In this document: positions 1-9,064 of the stretch, piece by piece
Position numbering within the stretch: the first letter of the stretch is position 1
How the letters are laid out: each line of letters starts with the position of its first letter
Source: Polyangiales bacterium
GTDB taxonomy: Bacteria > Myxococcota_A > Polyangia > Polyangiales > Polyangiaceae
NCBI GenBank assembly: GCA_038231275.1
Contig: JBBRLQ010000004.1
Location: forward strand, 1 to 64,000
Length of the DNA stretch: 64,000 nucleotides
Direction: 5' to 3'
The notes under the pieces: generated by a model
The model's database searches: none
What the model was told of the DNA's origin: nothing
Seen by the model: only the letters and a program-made list of their open reading frames with translations
Position numbers and translations under genes: made by a program

Positions 1-57
1 GGAGGTACATACCAACGAGAGCGCGAGGATCGGGACGAACGACGCGACGAGCTTCAC
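1..57 (-). CDS. 5' end of a probable secreted protein (runs off window)
   Basis: GTG at 57 overlaps the upstream stop (GTGA); reads MKLVASFVPILALSLVCTS, signal-peptide-like. Confidence 0.55.
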   Translation of the reverse strand, partial: MKLVASFVPILALSLVCTS

Positions 58-1034
58 GGCGCGCCTCGTGGCGGAGACTTCGAGGGCGGAGGCGGCGACG
101 TGCCCTGCGCATGCGCGCGCGCGTGGGCAGTCCACGGTCCGGCACCTTGCTCGGCGATCGACTTCCATTCGGCAGCGGCCGCGCGTGCGTCGATCGACGC
201 CCACGCGAGCGCAATTGCCGCGCGCCCGTCCATCGCGCCGCCCGTCGTCGCGAGCGCCTCCTTCACGCGCGCGTCGGTCAGCACCGGCCGCGGATCGGCG
301 TGGACGCGCTCGGCGAGGACGGCGCGCGCCTCCTCCGCGTCTCCCGCGCGATCGAGCGCGAGCGCGAGCGCCATCACCGCGAAGGACTGGAGCGCGTCCT
401 GCGCGTCCCTTCGCGCTTGGCGCAGGATCGCGATCGCCTCGTCAAGGCCCTCGGGGCCACGCGCCATCGAGAGGAGACCCGCCTCGATCCCGGCGGCGCC
501 CCGCTCGCTCGACGCGAGGACTCCCGCGCGCGGCAAGAGTGCGCGGTACGCCTCCTGCGCCTCACGCGGGCTGCCGGTGCGCGCCAGGACTCGACCCCAC
601 GACAGGAGGCTCTGCGGATCGTCGAGCGCGCGCTCGTCTTTCGCCTTCGCGGCCCCGAGCGCTTTGCGCGCCTCGGGCCATTTTCCGACGAGCGCCAGCG
701 CGCGACCGCGGAGCAAGTCAGGTCCTGGGCGCCCGGGCATCGCGCGATCCGCGTCGTCGGCGATCTCCTGAACCTCGCGCGCGATCGTCTCGGCCGGCAC
801 GCGCGAGAGGGGCGACGGAGCGCCCGCCGGCGTGCGCGGCGGAGTCCATGCGAGCTTCGCCGCCCCTGCCGCGAGCAAATCGCAATACCGGCGCAGCTCC
901 GGCGCCTTCGCGCGCTCCCACACGTTCGCGCCGCGCCCTCCGTCGAGCGACGCGCACTCTGCGGGACGTCCCGACGCCCACGCCCCGCCGGCCTGCGCCA
1001 AGACGAAGATCGCCGCGGTGATCACGCTGGTCAC
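54..1034 (-). CDS. Secreted helical-repeat (TPR-like) hypothetical protein
   Basis: Hydrophobic N-terminus, Ala/Leu-rich amphipathic helices (LLRGRALALVGKWPEA, WGRVLARTGSPREA), Pro-rich tail; start uncertain. Confidence 0.65.
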   Translation of the reverse strand: MTSVITAAIFVLAQAGGAWASGRPAECASLDGGRGANVWERAKAPELRRYCDLLAAGAAKLAWTPPRTPAGAPSPLSRVPAETIAREVQEIADDADRAMPGRPGPDLLRGRALALVGKWPEARKALGAAKAKDERALDDPQSLLSWGRVLARTGSPREAQEAYRALLPRAGVLASSERGAAGIEAGLLSMARGPEGLDEAIAILRQARRDAQDALQSFAVMALALALDRAGDAEEARAVLAERVHADPRPVLTDARVKEALATTGGAMDGRAAIALAWASIDARAAAAEWKSIAEQGAGPWTAHARAHAQGTSPPPPSKSPPRGAP

Positions 1035-1092
1035 TCTACAACAAAGACGCGCCCGCGACCCTCGGGCTTGGGTGACCTGGCGGTGGTCTGGC

Positions 1093-2370
1093 TCAGCCGT
1101 CGAACGGGTTTTTCAGGACGATCGTCTCGTCCCGCCGAAATCCCACGCTGACGAGCATCGCCGGGCAGGCAGCCTCGCGCTCGATGAGCTGGATGTAGTC
1201 GCGCGTGGCCTTGGGAAGCTCGCCGAGCGTTCGCGCGCGGCCGAGCTCTTCGGTCCACCCGGGGACCGTCTTGTAGACCGGCTTCGCGGTATCGAGATCG
1301 TCGATCGGCAGCTCGCGCGTGACACCGCGCGGCGTCTCGTAGGCCACGCACACCTTCAGGTCGCCTTGCCCGGTGAGCACGTCGAGCTTGGTGAGCGCGA
1401 GACCGTCGAGGCCGTTGACGCGAACGGCGTAGCGCAGCGCGGGCAGGTCCAGCCAGCCGGTACGACGAGGCCGTCCGGTGACGGAGCCGAACTCGTCGCC
1501 CTTCTTGCGTAGGCGCTCGCCGGCCTCGTCGTGGAGCTCGGTGGGGAACGGGCCGCCGCCGACGCGCGTGCAGTACGCCTTCGTGAGGCCCACCACCGCG
1601 TGGATCTTCGAAGGACCGACGCCCGCGCCGGTGCAGGCGCCGCCGGCCGTCGCGCTCGACGACGTGACGTACGGGTAGGTGCCGTGATCGATGTCGAGGA
1701 GCGTGCCTTGTGCTCCCTCGAAGAGGACGCGCTTGTTCGCGGCCATCGCCTCGCCCACGACGCGCGACGTCTCGGCGAGCAGCGGCACGAGGCGCGGCGC
1801 GACCTTCTCGAGCGTCGCCATGACCTCGGGCACCGTCGTCGGCGTGCCGCCCAGCGCGCGGATGGTCGGCGTCCATGCTTCGAGCGCGAACGCGACGAGC
1901 TTCTCGCACCGCTTCAGATCGCGGAGCATTCCCAGCGTGACGCCGCGGCGGCCCGCCTTGTCCTCGTACGCGGGACCGACGCCGCGCTTGGTGGTGCCGA
2001 GCGCGCCGGCGCCCTTCTCGCGCAGGCCGTCGACGAGCACGTGATACGGCAGGATCGCGTGCGCGCGATCGGACACGAGGAGCGGTTTTTCGCGCTTCAA
2101 GCCGCGCTTGTCGAGCTCGTCGAGCTCGTCGACGAGCTTCTCGCAGTCGATGACCATGCCCTGCGCGAGCACGCAGGTCGTCTGCGGGCGAAGAATGCCG
2201 CTCGGCACGAGTCGGACGATGAGCTTGTCCTGCCCCACCACCAGCGTGTGACCTGCGTTGGGGCCGCCGCCGTAGCGGACGACCATGTCGCAGTCCTCGG
2301 TGAAGATGTCGACGATCTTCCCTTTGCCCTCGTCGCCCCACTGCGCGCCCACGATCACGACCGCCGGCAT
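1093..2370 (-). CDS. purA: Adenylosuccinate synthetase
   Basis: GAQWGDEGKGK, GGPNAGHT, EGAQGTLLDIDHGTYPYVTSS, TGRPRRTGW, TKLDVL motifs. Confidence 0.98.
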   Translation of the reverse strand: MPAVVIVGAQWGDEGKGKIVDIFTEDCDMVVRYGGGPNAGHTLVVGQDKLIVRLVPSGILRPQTTCVLAQGMVIDCEKLVDELDELDKRGLKREKPLLVSDRAHAILPYHVLVDGLREKGAGALGTTKRGVGPAYEDKAGRRGVTLGMLRDLKRCEKLVAFALEAWTPTIRALGGTPTTVPEVMATLEKVAPRLVPLLAETSRVVGEAMAANKRVLFEGAQGTLLDIDHGTYPYVTSSSATAGGACTGAGVGPSKIHAVVGLTKAYCTRVGGGPFPTELHDEAGERLRKKGDEFGSVTGRPRRTGWLDLPALRYAVRVNGLDGLALTKLDVLTGQGDLKVCVAYETPRGVTRELPIDDLDTAKPVYKTVPGWTEELGRARTLGELPKATRDYIQLIEREAACPAMLVSVGFRRDETIVLKNPFDG

Positions 2371-2373
2371 GGT

Positions 2374-3519
2374 TCAGCCCTCTTCTCCTTCGAGCACGGT
2401 GGAGTATCCCCAGCCCGCTCGATACGCCTCTGCTTCGTCACGCGTCCGCGCGGACACCGCGGTGATGCCCCGACCGCGAAGCGCGGCGAGGCGCGGATCG
2501 TCGCTCGCGCCGACGATTACGACGCGCTCCTCCTTCACCTCCGGCACGCTCGCGGCGCGACGCGCCCACGCGAGATTGTCGAGGTCGAGCGCGAAGCCGA
2601 CGGCCGGCATCGGAGCGCCGAAGCGCGCGAGCAGATCGTCGTAACGACCGCCCGCACCGATCGCCTCGCCGGGCCCCGGCGCGAAGAGGTGGAAGATCAT
2701 GCCCGTGTAGTACGCGAAGCCGCGCACCTCGGCGAGATCCACCGAGAGATCGCCGCGAAGGCCGCGCGACACCGCCGCGTCGAAGAGGCGCGAGAGGCGC
2801 GCGACCGGCGCCTCGGCGGGCGTCCCGCGGACCAGGTCGCGCGCGGCGTCGAGCGCAGGCCGTCCCCCAGAAAGGCGCACGAGGCGTGAGAGCACGTCGA
2901 CCCTCGCGTCGGTGCCGGCCGCCGCGTCGCGGATCGCCGCCTCGTCCTTGAGGGCGAGCGCTTGCATGAGCGCGGCGGGCGCGTGTTCGCCGACGAGCGC
3001 ACGCACGATGCCGCTGTCGCCGAGATCGACGGTGAAGCTCGCGAGGCCCGTCGCCGCGAGCGCGGTCGTCGCCACCTCCAGCGCCTCGAGATCGCCATCG
3101 AGATCGGCGAGGCCTGCCAGCTCCACGCCGACCTGGGCGATTTGACGGCTCTTGCGCGCGCGTCCGCTGCGGCGCCGCAGCACCGTGCCCTCGTAGGAAA
3201 TGCGGAACGGCGGCGGGCGATCGCGCAGGCGCGTCGCGATCATGCGCGCGATCTGCGGCGTCATGTCGGGGCGCAGCGCGGCGACCTCTCCCGACTCCGG
3301 CTCCACGAAGCGAAGCACGTCGGCCGGATCGAGCGTCCCGAGGCCGCGCTCGAGCACGTCGGCGAACTCGAACGCGGGCGGCGTCACCGTCGCATAGCCG
3401 AAAAGCCCGAACGTCGAGAGCGCGCGCCTCGCGATCGCACGACGGCTCTGCGCCTCCTCGGGGAGCAGATCGCGCATCCCCGCGGGGAGCGGGTGCTCGA
3501 GGGACGATGGGACGTTCAC
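2374..3519 (-). CDS. hisZ: ATP phosphoribosyltransferase regulatory subunit (HisRS-like)
   Basis: PAGMRD, LRPDMTPQIAR, QVGVEL, YYTG, GGRYDDL motifs; typical hisZ-purA adjacency. Confidence 0.92.
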   Translation of the reverse strand: MNVPSSLEHPLPAGMRDLLPEEAQSRRAIARRALSTFGLFGYATVTPPAFEFADVLERGLGTLDPADVLRFVEPESGEVAALRPDMTPQIARMIATRLRDRPPPFRISYEGTVLRRRSGRARKSRQIAQVGVELAGLADLDGDLEALEVATTALAATGLASFTVDLGDSGIVRALVGEHAPAALMQALALKDEAAIRDAAAGTDARVDVLSRLVRLSGGRPALDAARDLVRGTPAEAPVARLSRLFDAAVSRGLRGDLSVDLAEVRGFAYYTGMIFHLFAPGPGEAIGAGGRYDDLLARFGAPMPAVGFALDLDNLAWARRAASVPEVKEERVVIVGASDDPRLAALRGRGITAVSARTRDEAEAYRAGWGYSTVLEGEEG

Positions 3520-3635
3520 GGGCGAGGGAGTGTCACACGATCCCCGCGCGCGTCAAACACCCCCAGACTCGTGCTGCCGCGCTCGCCCTGCGCCGCTTGG
3601 GTTTTTCCGGTCGATCTGACGCATCGCGCGATCCC

Positions 3636-4847
3636 TCAAGGCAGCGGGATTCGCACCAAGCTCCCCTGCTTGCCGTTCTTGTCCGGACCCCACGCCGCGA
3701 AGTACAGCCAACCGCCGTCGACGAGCCTCGCGAGCGCGTCTTCTTTGCTGAGCGTGGTCGCAGCGGCGCCCGACCGCGGAGCGCGCCGGATGCCGACGCC
3801 GTTTCCGCTGTAGAAGACGTCGGTGTCGGTCACCGTGAAAATCGTGTAGCGGTCGATCTTCGGGTCCTGAAGGAACGTCGACTCGGTTCCCGCCACCGTG
3901 TCGAACGCGATCATCGCGCCGGTCTTGGTTCCGAACAGCAGCGTCGACGACACCTTCCGCAGGCCTACGGTCACTTGCGGGAGCGCGGCGAGGCCGGTCC
4001 CGTCGGTTCCGATGCTCCACGTGTTCGCATAATAGTCCTGGTAGTAGGCGCGGCCGCCGACGATCGCGAGGAACAGCGGCTGCTGCACCGTGGTCGAAGT
4101 GACGACGCGCGTGGCGCCGCCGGCGACCGGGACCGCGTAGAGCGCGGACCGCGGGTAGCCGTGGAAGTAGTAGACATCGGTCCCGTCGGTCGCGACGGGG
4201 GTGTCCGATACGGAGTCGTTGTCGAAGCACGTGGACGGCCCTTGCGCCGCGAGCGACGCGTAGCAGCCGCTCGCATACACGCGGTCGCCGACGACCTCAA
4301 AGAAGCTGTCGCGGCTGAAGTTGTTGATCCACACCTGGGACGACGAGCCGTCCTTCTTCACGCGCATGAGGCCGCCGTTGGTGCCGAGGAAGAGGGAGTC
4401 GCCGAAGACGCGCATGCGGCCGCTGTCATCATACAAGTCCCACGCGAGGACTTGCGGCGTACAAGTGGCGGAGGCGCAGCTGCCGCCGGCGACGCACGCG
4501 TGCGAGCACGCCCCGCAATGAAGGGGATCGTTTCCGAGGTTCGTCTCGCAGCCGTTCGCCGCGATCTTGTCGCAGTCCGCGAAGCCCGCGTTGCAGACGA
4601 GCGGACCGGCGTCCGCGTCGGCCGTCGAGGCGTCCGGCGCCGGTGAGTCGCCGTCGGGAGGATCCGCGGCGCCGTCGGGAAACGGCGCCGGAGGAGTCGG
4701 CGCTTTCGTGGTCGCGTCGGGCCCCGCGTCCGCGCCGTCGGGGTTGGACGGAACGCCGGTCCCCAGGGGTGTCTCGCTCACGCTGCACGCGGCGATGAGG
4801 ACGGGAACGCAAATCGCGGCGATGCACGTCGCAGAAGTAAGCTTCAT
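3636..4847 (-). CDS. Lipoprotein with Pro/Asp linker, Cys-rich module and beta-propeller-like C-terminus
   Basis: Lipobox LIAAC; CNAGFADCD...NGCETNL..DPLHCGAC module common in myxobacteria; repeated xxDxxxVY[FW] blades; ATG 4847 chosen over the longer ORF start. Confidence 0.75.
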   Translation of the reverse strand: MKLTSATCIAAICVPVLIAACSVSETPLGTGVPSNPDGADAGPDATTKAPTPPAPFPDGAADPPDGDSPAPDASTADADAGPLVCNAGFADCDKIAANGCETNLGNDPLHCGACSHACVAGGSCASATCTPQVLAWDLYDDSGRMRVFGDSLFLGTNGGLMRVKKDGSSSQVWINNFSRDSFFEVVGDRVYASGCYASLAAQGPSTCFDNDSVSDTPVATDGTDVYYFHGYPRSALYAVPVAGGATRVVTSTTVQQPLFLAIVGGRAYYQDYYANTWSIGTDGTGLAALPQVTVGLRKVSSTLLFGTKTGAMIAFDTVAGTESTFLQDPKIDRYTIFTVTDTDVFYSGNGVGIRRAPRSGAAATTLSKEDALARLVDGGWLYFAAWGPDKNGKQGSLVRIPLP

Positions 4848-5006
4848 GACGGGACCCAAACGTAAGAGGACGTCCCGCGCCAACAACGCGCGACGGCCAA
4901 CGGGAGCGGAGGGTCAGACGTCGCCCCGTCGCCACTATTCAGGCGCGGGTGAGAAACGCGACCCTCGACCGCGCTCGCATCGGGGTAAAAACCCCCGGTA
5001 AGGACT

Positions 5007-5981
5007 CTAAAATGAGCCGGAAAGCCCTACGGATCCAAGGCCGAACGTGGGCGTGACGCGCAGGCCAGTGGTGGGCGGCGGCGGCGGCGCGGCGGGGCCG
5101 CTCGTGGCGATCAGCAGGATGCCGACGCCGAGCCCGACGACGCCAAGCCCGATTCCGCCGGTGGCGATCCAGGACGGGAGCACCGCGTCGTGGCGCCTCG
5201 CGGCGGCGTCGGCGGCGGCCTTCGGATCTTTGCACGTGGGCGCGCTGCCGCCGCAGATGCCGTCGGCGTCGCTCTTGATGCCGAGCGTCGCGACCCCTTC
5301 GACGATGCCGACGCCCAGGAGCACGACGCCTGCGCTCGCGAGCACCCATCCGCCGATGCGCGCGCCGCTGCCGTCGCCTTCGGCGCGCGGAGGGTCGCCT
5401 TCGGTGGGGGATGGCGGCGCCGGCGGCGTCGGATCGGCGAGGACGATCGTCGGGTTGTCGCCGAGCCTCATCGTGGCGTTGCGCGAGAGGACACGCCCGC
5501 CCGCCTCGACGCGGATCGTGTGTTCGCCCGGATCGGCGACGATGCGGCCCTGATCGAGGACGACGACCTCGTTGTCGACGCGCACCTCGGAGATCGTGCG
5601 ATTGCCGACGTCGAGGCGCGCGCGCGCGACCTTTCCTTCGAGGGCCTTGAGGTGCTGCGCGACGAATGCGGCCTTGTCGCCGGTCGGCGCGCGCGGCTCG
5701 ATGCGTTTGAGCTCGTTCCACGCGCGCCCCGGTTTGCCCGCGCGCTCGTGGCAGAACGCGAGGAGCGCCATCGTGTTCACGCTCTCCGCGCGCTTCAAGC
5801 TGAGATCGAACTTGTCGCACGCGTCCGCGATTTGGCCGCGCTCGAGGAGGTCTTGCCCCTCCTTCACGAGGCGCTCGGCCTCGGGATCGGTCGTTCCATC
5901 GGCGCGCGCGGCGCCGACGGAGAGCGCTGCGGCGAGCGCGACGGCGAGCGCGGCGGGAATCGGCGAGCGGGCGCGTCTCAT
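5007..5981 (-). CDS. Exported TPR + PEGA-like protein with C-terminal hydrophobic segments
   Basis: Signal peptide ..AARAD; ACDKF..S TPR-like motif; DPGEHTIRVEA PEGA-like; two C-terminal hydrophobic helices; ends in F; follows a kinase gene. Confidence 0.75.
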   Translation of the reverse strand: MRRARSPIPAALAVALAAALSVGAARADGTTDPEAERLVKEGQDLLERGQIADACDKFDLSLKRAESVNTMALLAFCHERAGKPGRAWNELKRIEPRAPTGDKAAFVAQHLKALEGKVARARLDVGNRTISEVRVDNEVVVLDQGRIVADPGEHTIRVEAGGRVLSRNATMRLGDNPTIVLADPTPPAPPSPTEGDPPRAEGDGSGARIGGWVLASAGVVLLGVGIVEGVATLGIKSDADGICGGSAPTCKDPKAAADAAARRHDAVLPSWIATGGIGLGVVGLGVGILLIATSGPAAPPPPPTTGLRVTPTFGLGSVGLSGSF

Positions 5982-5998
5982 CGCGAGAACGATCCGTA

Positions 5999-7570
5999 TC
6001 ACTTCCAAATTTCGAGCGTCTTCTTCACCTCGTCCTGCGGCGCCGACGGCTTGGCGACAGGAGCGGGAGTCGGCTTGGCTTGCGAAGTCGGCGGCGGCGT
6101 AAACCTAACAGCCGGCGGTCGCGGCTTCACGGCGGCAGGCAACGGGCGCGCTGCCGGCGCTGCGCCGACCCGCGCGACGGCTGCTGCGGACGGGAGCGCC
6201 GCGACCGTGGTCGTCGGCACACCGGGATCGACCGACGCCGGATCGGCGGACGGAATCGCTGCCACGGGTGGCGCGGTCGTCGCCGTCGCGGCCGGCGTCG
6301 TCGCCACAGGCGCCGTCACGAATGCAGTGGCTTCCGGGACCGGCGGAGGCGGCGCGACGACGGTTGGAGCCCGCTCCGCGCTGCGCCCCATCGCGACGAA
6401 CACGACGACCGCCGCCAGCGCGGCCAACGCGCCGCCCGCGAACGCCGCGATCTTCGCGGTCGTCGTGCCCGGCATGAACGTCAGGATCGTGCGCCTTCGG
6501 CCGACCGTGCTCGCCGTCGGCGACAGCTCGGGCGCCGGCGAGACGCCCTCGGTCGTGGCGTTCCCGAGATCGTCCGGCACGGTCGTGTTCGAGAGCGATC
6601 CGGTGATGCGCCGCGGGCTCGAGAGCTCCTCGCTCCGGAGCAGCGTGGAGGAGATCTTGTCGACCGACTTGTGCTGGGCTCCGGTCCCGAACGGCGCCAG
6701 CGCGCGCGCGAGATCGCCGACGTCGGCGTAGCGATCGTCGCGGTTCTTCGAGAGGCACTTCAAGATCACGCGCTCCAGCCCCTCGGGCACGTCGGGGCGC
6801 TTCGCACGAATGCCGTTCGGCTCCTGCTCGAGGATCGCCGCGAAGAGCTCGCCGACCTCCTCGCCGTCGAAGGGCATCCGACGCGTGAGGAGCTCGTAGA
6901 GCAAGATCCCGATCGCCCAGATGTCGGTGCGCGTGTCGACCGTACGAGGGCTGCGAACCTGCTCCGGGGACATGTACGGTGGCGATCCGAGCACCGAGCG
7001 GCTGCTGGTGATGCGCGAGACGCGTCCGAACGTCGGCTTCGAGATGCCGAAGTCGAGGACCTTGATGATCTGCGAGCCGTCAGGCACCGTGGCCAAGAAC
7101 AGATTCGACGGCTTGAGATCGCGGTGGATGATGCCCTGCGCGTGCGCCTGCGAGATGGCCTCGAGCGCTTGCATGACGTAGTCGACGACGGCGGACGGCG
7201 CGAAGACCCTGCGGCGATCGAGGAGCTGCCCGAGGTCCGAGCCCTCGAGGTATTCCATGACGATGAACGGCACGCCGCCCTCGAGCGTGTCGATGTCCAT
7301 CACGCGCGCGACGTGCTCGCTCTGCAGGCGCGCCGCGCTCCGGGCTTCCTGGAGGAAGCGCGCGAGCGCCTCCTTGTCGCGCACCGCGTCGTCGAACAAG
7401 ACCTTCAGCGCGACGCGCTGATCGAGCAGCTCGTGGTGCGCCGCATAGACGATGCCCATGCCGCCTTCGCCGAGGACCGCCTCGATGCGGTACTTCTCCG
7501 CGAGGACCGATCCCGGTTGAAGCGAGGTCTTCCCCTCGCCTCCCTTCGATCGGGCGAGCTTCACCGCCAT
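5999..7570 (-). CDS. Membrane Hanks-type Ser/Thr protein kinase
   Basis: GEGGMG, VALK, HRDLKPSN, DFG, SPE, TM helix and Pro/Ala-rich tail; ATG 7570 preceded by TATCGT-N6. Confidence 0.95.
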   Translation of the reverse strand: MAVKLARSKGGEGKTSLQPGSVLAEKYRIEAVLGEGGMGIVYAAHHELLDQRVALKVLFDDAVRDKEALARFLQEARSAARLQSEHVARVMDIDTLEGGVPFIVMEYLEGSDLGQLLDRRRVFAPSAVVDYVMQALEAISQAHAQGIIHRDLKPSNLFLATVPDGSQIIKVLDFGISKPTFGRVSRITSSRSVLGSPPYMSPEQVRSPRTVDTRTDIWAIGILLYELLTRRMPFDGEEVGELFAAILEQEPNGIRAKRPDVPEGLERVILKCLSKNRDDRYADVGDLARALAPFGTGAQHKSVDKISSTLLRSEELSSPRRITGSLSNTTVPDDLGNATTEGVSPAPELSPTASTVGRRRTILTFMPGTTTAKIAAFAGGALAALAAVVVFVAMGRSAERAPTVVAPPPPVPEATAFVTAPVATTPAATATTAPPVAAIPSADPASVDPGVPTTTVAALPSAAAVARVGAAPAARPLPAAVKPRPPAVRFTPPPTSQAKPTPAPVAKPSAPQDEVKKTLEIWK

Positions 7571-7736
7571 TGTCCAACGATAGCGGACGAGGCGAGCCGT
7601 ACCAAGGGGCTCCCGTGTTTCGAAAACGACACAATGTAGGTCTGCTGTCGGCTTGGCCTTCACATGTCCGTTTGCTGACACTGTCTAGGGCGTGCAAATC
7701 CCGCTGAAAATCCGCGAATTGCCGCTCCAAAGAGGT

Positions 7737-7752
7737 CGGCACGGGACTTGTA
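7737..7752 (+). promoter_or_regulatory. Possible sigma54 -24/-12 promoter for the ECF sigma gene
   Basis: CGGCAC-GGGAC-TTGTA versus consensus TGGCAC-N5-TTGC, ending 15 nt before the ATG. Confidence 0.45.
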
Positions 7753-7767
7753 AAAGACGTTCTCATC

Positions 7768-8370
7768 ATGGCCTTCTCCCCCTCCGCCGAAACCCTCCGC
7801 CTCGCGACCGCCGGTGACCGCAACGCCCTCAACGGGCTCGTTCGGGAGCTTCTCCCGCACGTCGAGCGCCAGCTGCTCCGCTACCCGGTGGCGGACGAGG
7901 ATCGCCGTGACCTCGTGCAGACGACGCTCATGCAGGTGGTCCGCCGCCTCGGCTCGTTCCGCGGGGACTCGAGCTTCTCCACGTGGCTCTTTCGCGTGAC
8001 GGCCAACGAGGCGCTCATGCTGATGCGCTCGCAGCGCCGGCACCGCGCGCGCGTGGTCACCGGGCTCGAGCTCGAGGATTTGGCGACGCTGCCCGCCGTG
8101 AACGACGGCGACGTAGAGGAGCGCACCGACGTGATCGTCATCCACCGCGAGCGTGACGCGCGCATCCGTGCGGCGCTCGAGAGCCTGCCGCAGGACTACC
8201 GCGAGGTCGTTTTTGCCCACTACAACGAGGATCTCGGCCTTCAGGAGATCGCCGATCGCCTCCACCTCACCGAGAGCGCCGTTCGGTCGCGCCTGCACCG
8301 TGCGCGGACCAGCCTGAAGGGCATCCTCGCAAAGGGCGCGGAGGTCTCCGCCCAGGATCTCGCCGCGTAA
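7768..8370 (+). CDS. ECF-family RNA polymerase sigma factor
   Basis: Region 2 DLVQ...FRGDSSFSTWLFRV; region 4 LPQDYREV...EIA..L....AVRSRLHRAR. Confidence 0.95.
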   Translation: MAFSPSAETLRLATAGDRNALNGLVRELLPHVERQLLRYPVADEDRRDLVQTTLMQVVRRLGSFRGDSSFSTWLFRVTANEALMLMRSQRRHRARVVTGLELEDLATLPAVNDGDVEERTDVIVIHRERDARIRAALESLPQDYREVVFAHYNEDLGLQEIADRLHLTESAVRSRLHRARTSLKGILAKGAEVSAQDLAA

Positions 8371-8398
8371 CTTGGCGGCTTGATGCTAGAAGGAGCGC

Positions 8399-9064
8399 GT
8401 GAGCGACGCGTTCCTCTTCGACCTCGACGGCACGCTGATCGATTCGCGGCGTACCATCGCCGCGGCGTGCAACCACGCGCTCGAGATCGACGGGCGACCC
8501 GCGATCGCGGAATCCGCGATCGCCGGCTTCGTCGGCGACGGCGCACGAACGCTCCTCGCCCGCGCGTCGGGGCTCGGCAGCGCGCCGGAAAAGTCCCACG
8601 AGCTCGACGCGCTCCTCCGTGACTTCGTGCGTTACTACGCCGCGCACCCGCTCGATGGCACCACGTGGATGCCCGGGGCGCGCGACGCGCTCGACCGACT
8701 GGGCGACGCGCGCGTGGGGCTCGTCACGAACAAGGCGCGCGAAGTGACCGAGTCGATCTTGCGGGCGCTCGGCGTCGTCGGGCGCTTCGGTGTCGTGGTC
8801 GCGGGAGGCGACGGCCCGCTGAAGCCTGATCCGGCGCCGATCCTGTTCGCGGTGCGCGCGCTCGGCGCGACGCCCGAGCACACGTGGGTCGTGGGCGACG
8901 GCGTGCAAGATGTCCGCGCGGGCAAAGCGGCAGGGTGCCGCACCGCCGCGGTGCTCGGCGGGTTTCACTCCGAAGGGAGCCTCCGCGCGGAGGGACCGGA
9001 CGTGCTGCTCGGCTCGCTGTCGGAGCTCGCGGCGGCTACTGCAGGTTGGCGTTCTCCGGCTTGA
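8399..9064 (+). CDS. HAD-family hydrolase (phosphoglycolate phosphatase-like)
   Basis: FDLDGTLIDS, VTNK, KPDP, VGDGVQD motifs. Confidence 0.9.
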   Translation: MSDAFLFDLDGTLIDSRRTIAAACNHALEIDGRPAIAESAIAGFVGDGARTLLARASGLGSAPEKSHELDALLRDFVRYYAAHPLDGTTWMPGARDALDRLGDARVGLVTNKAREVTESILRALGVVGRFGVVVAGGDGPLKPDPAPILFAVRALGATPEHTWVVGDGVQDVRAGKAAGCRTAAVLGGFHSEGSLRAEGPDVLLGSLSELAAATAGWRSPA

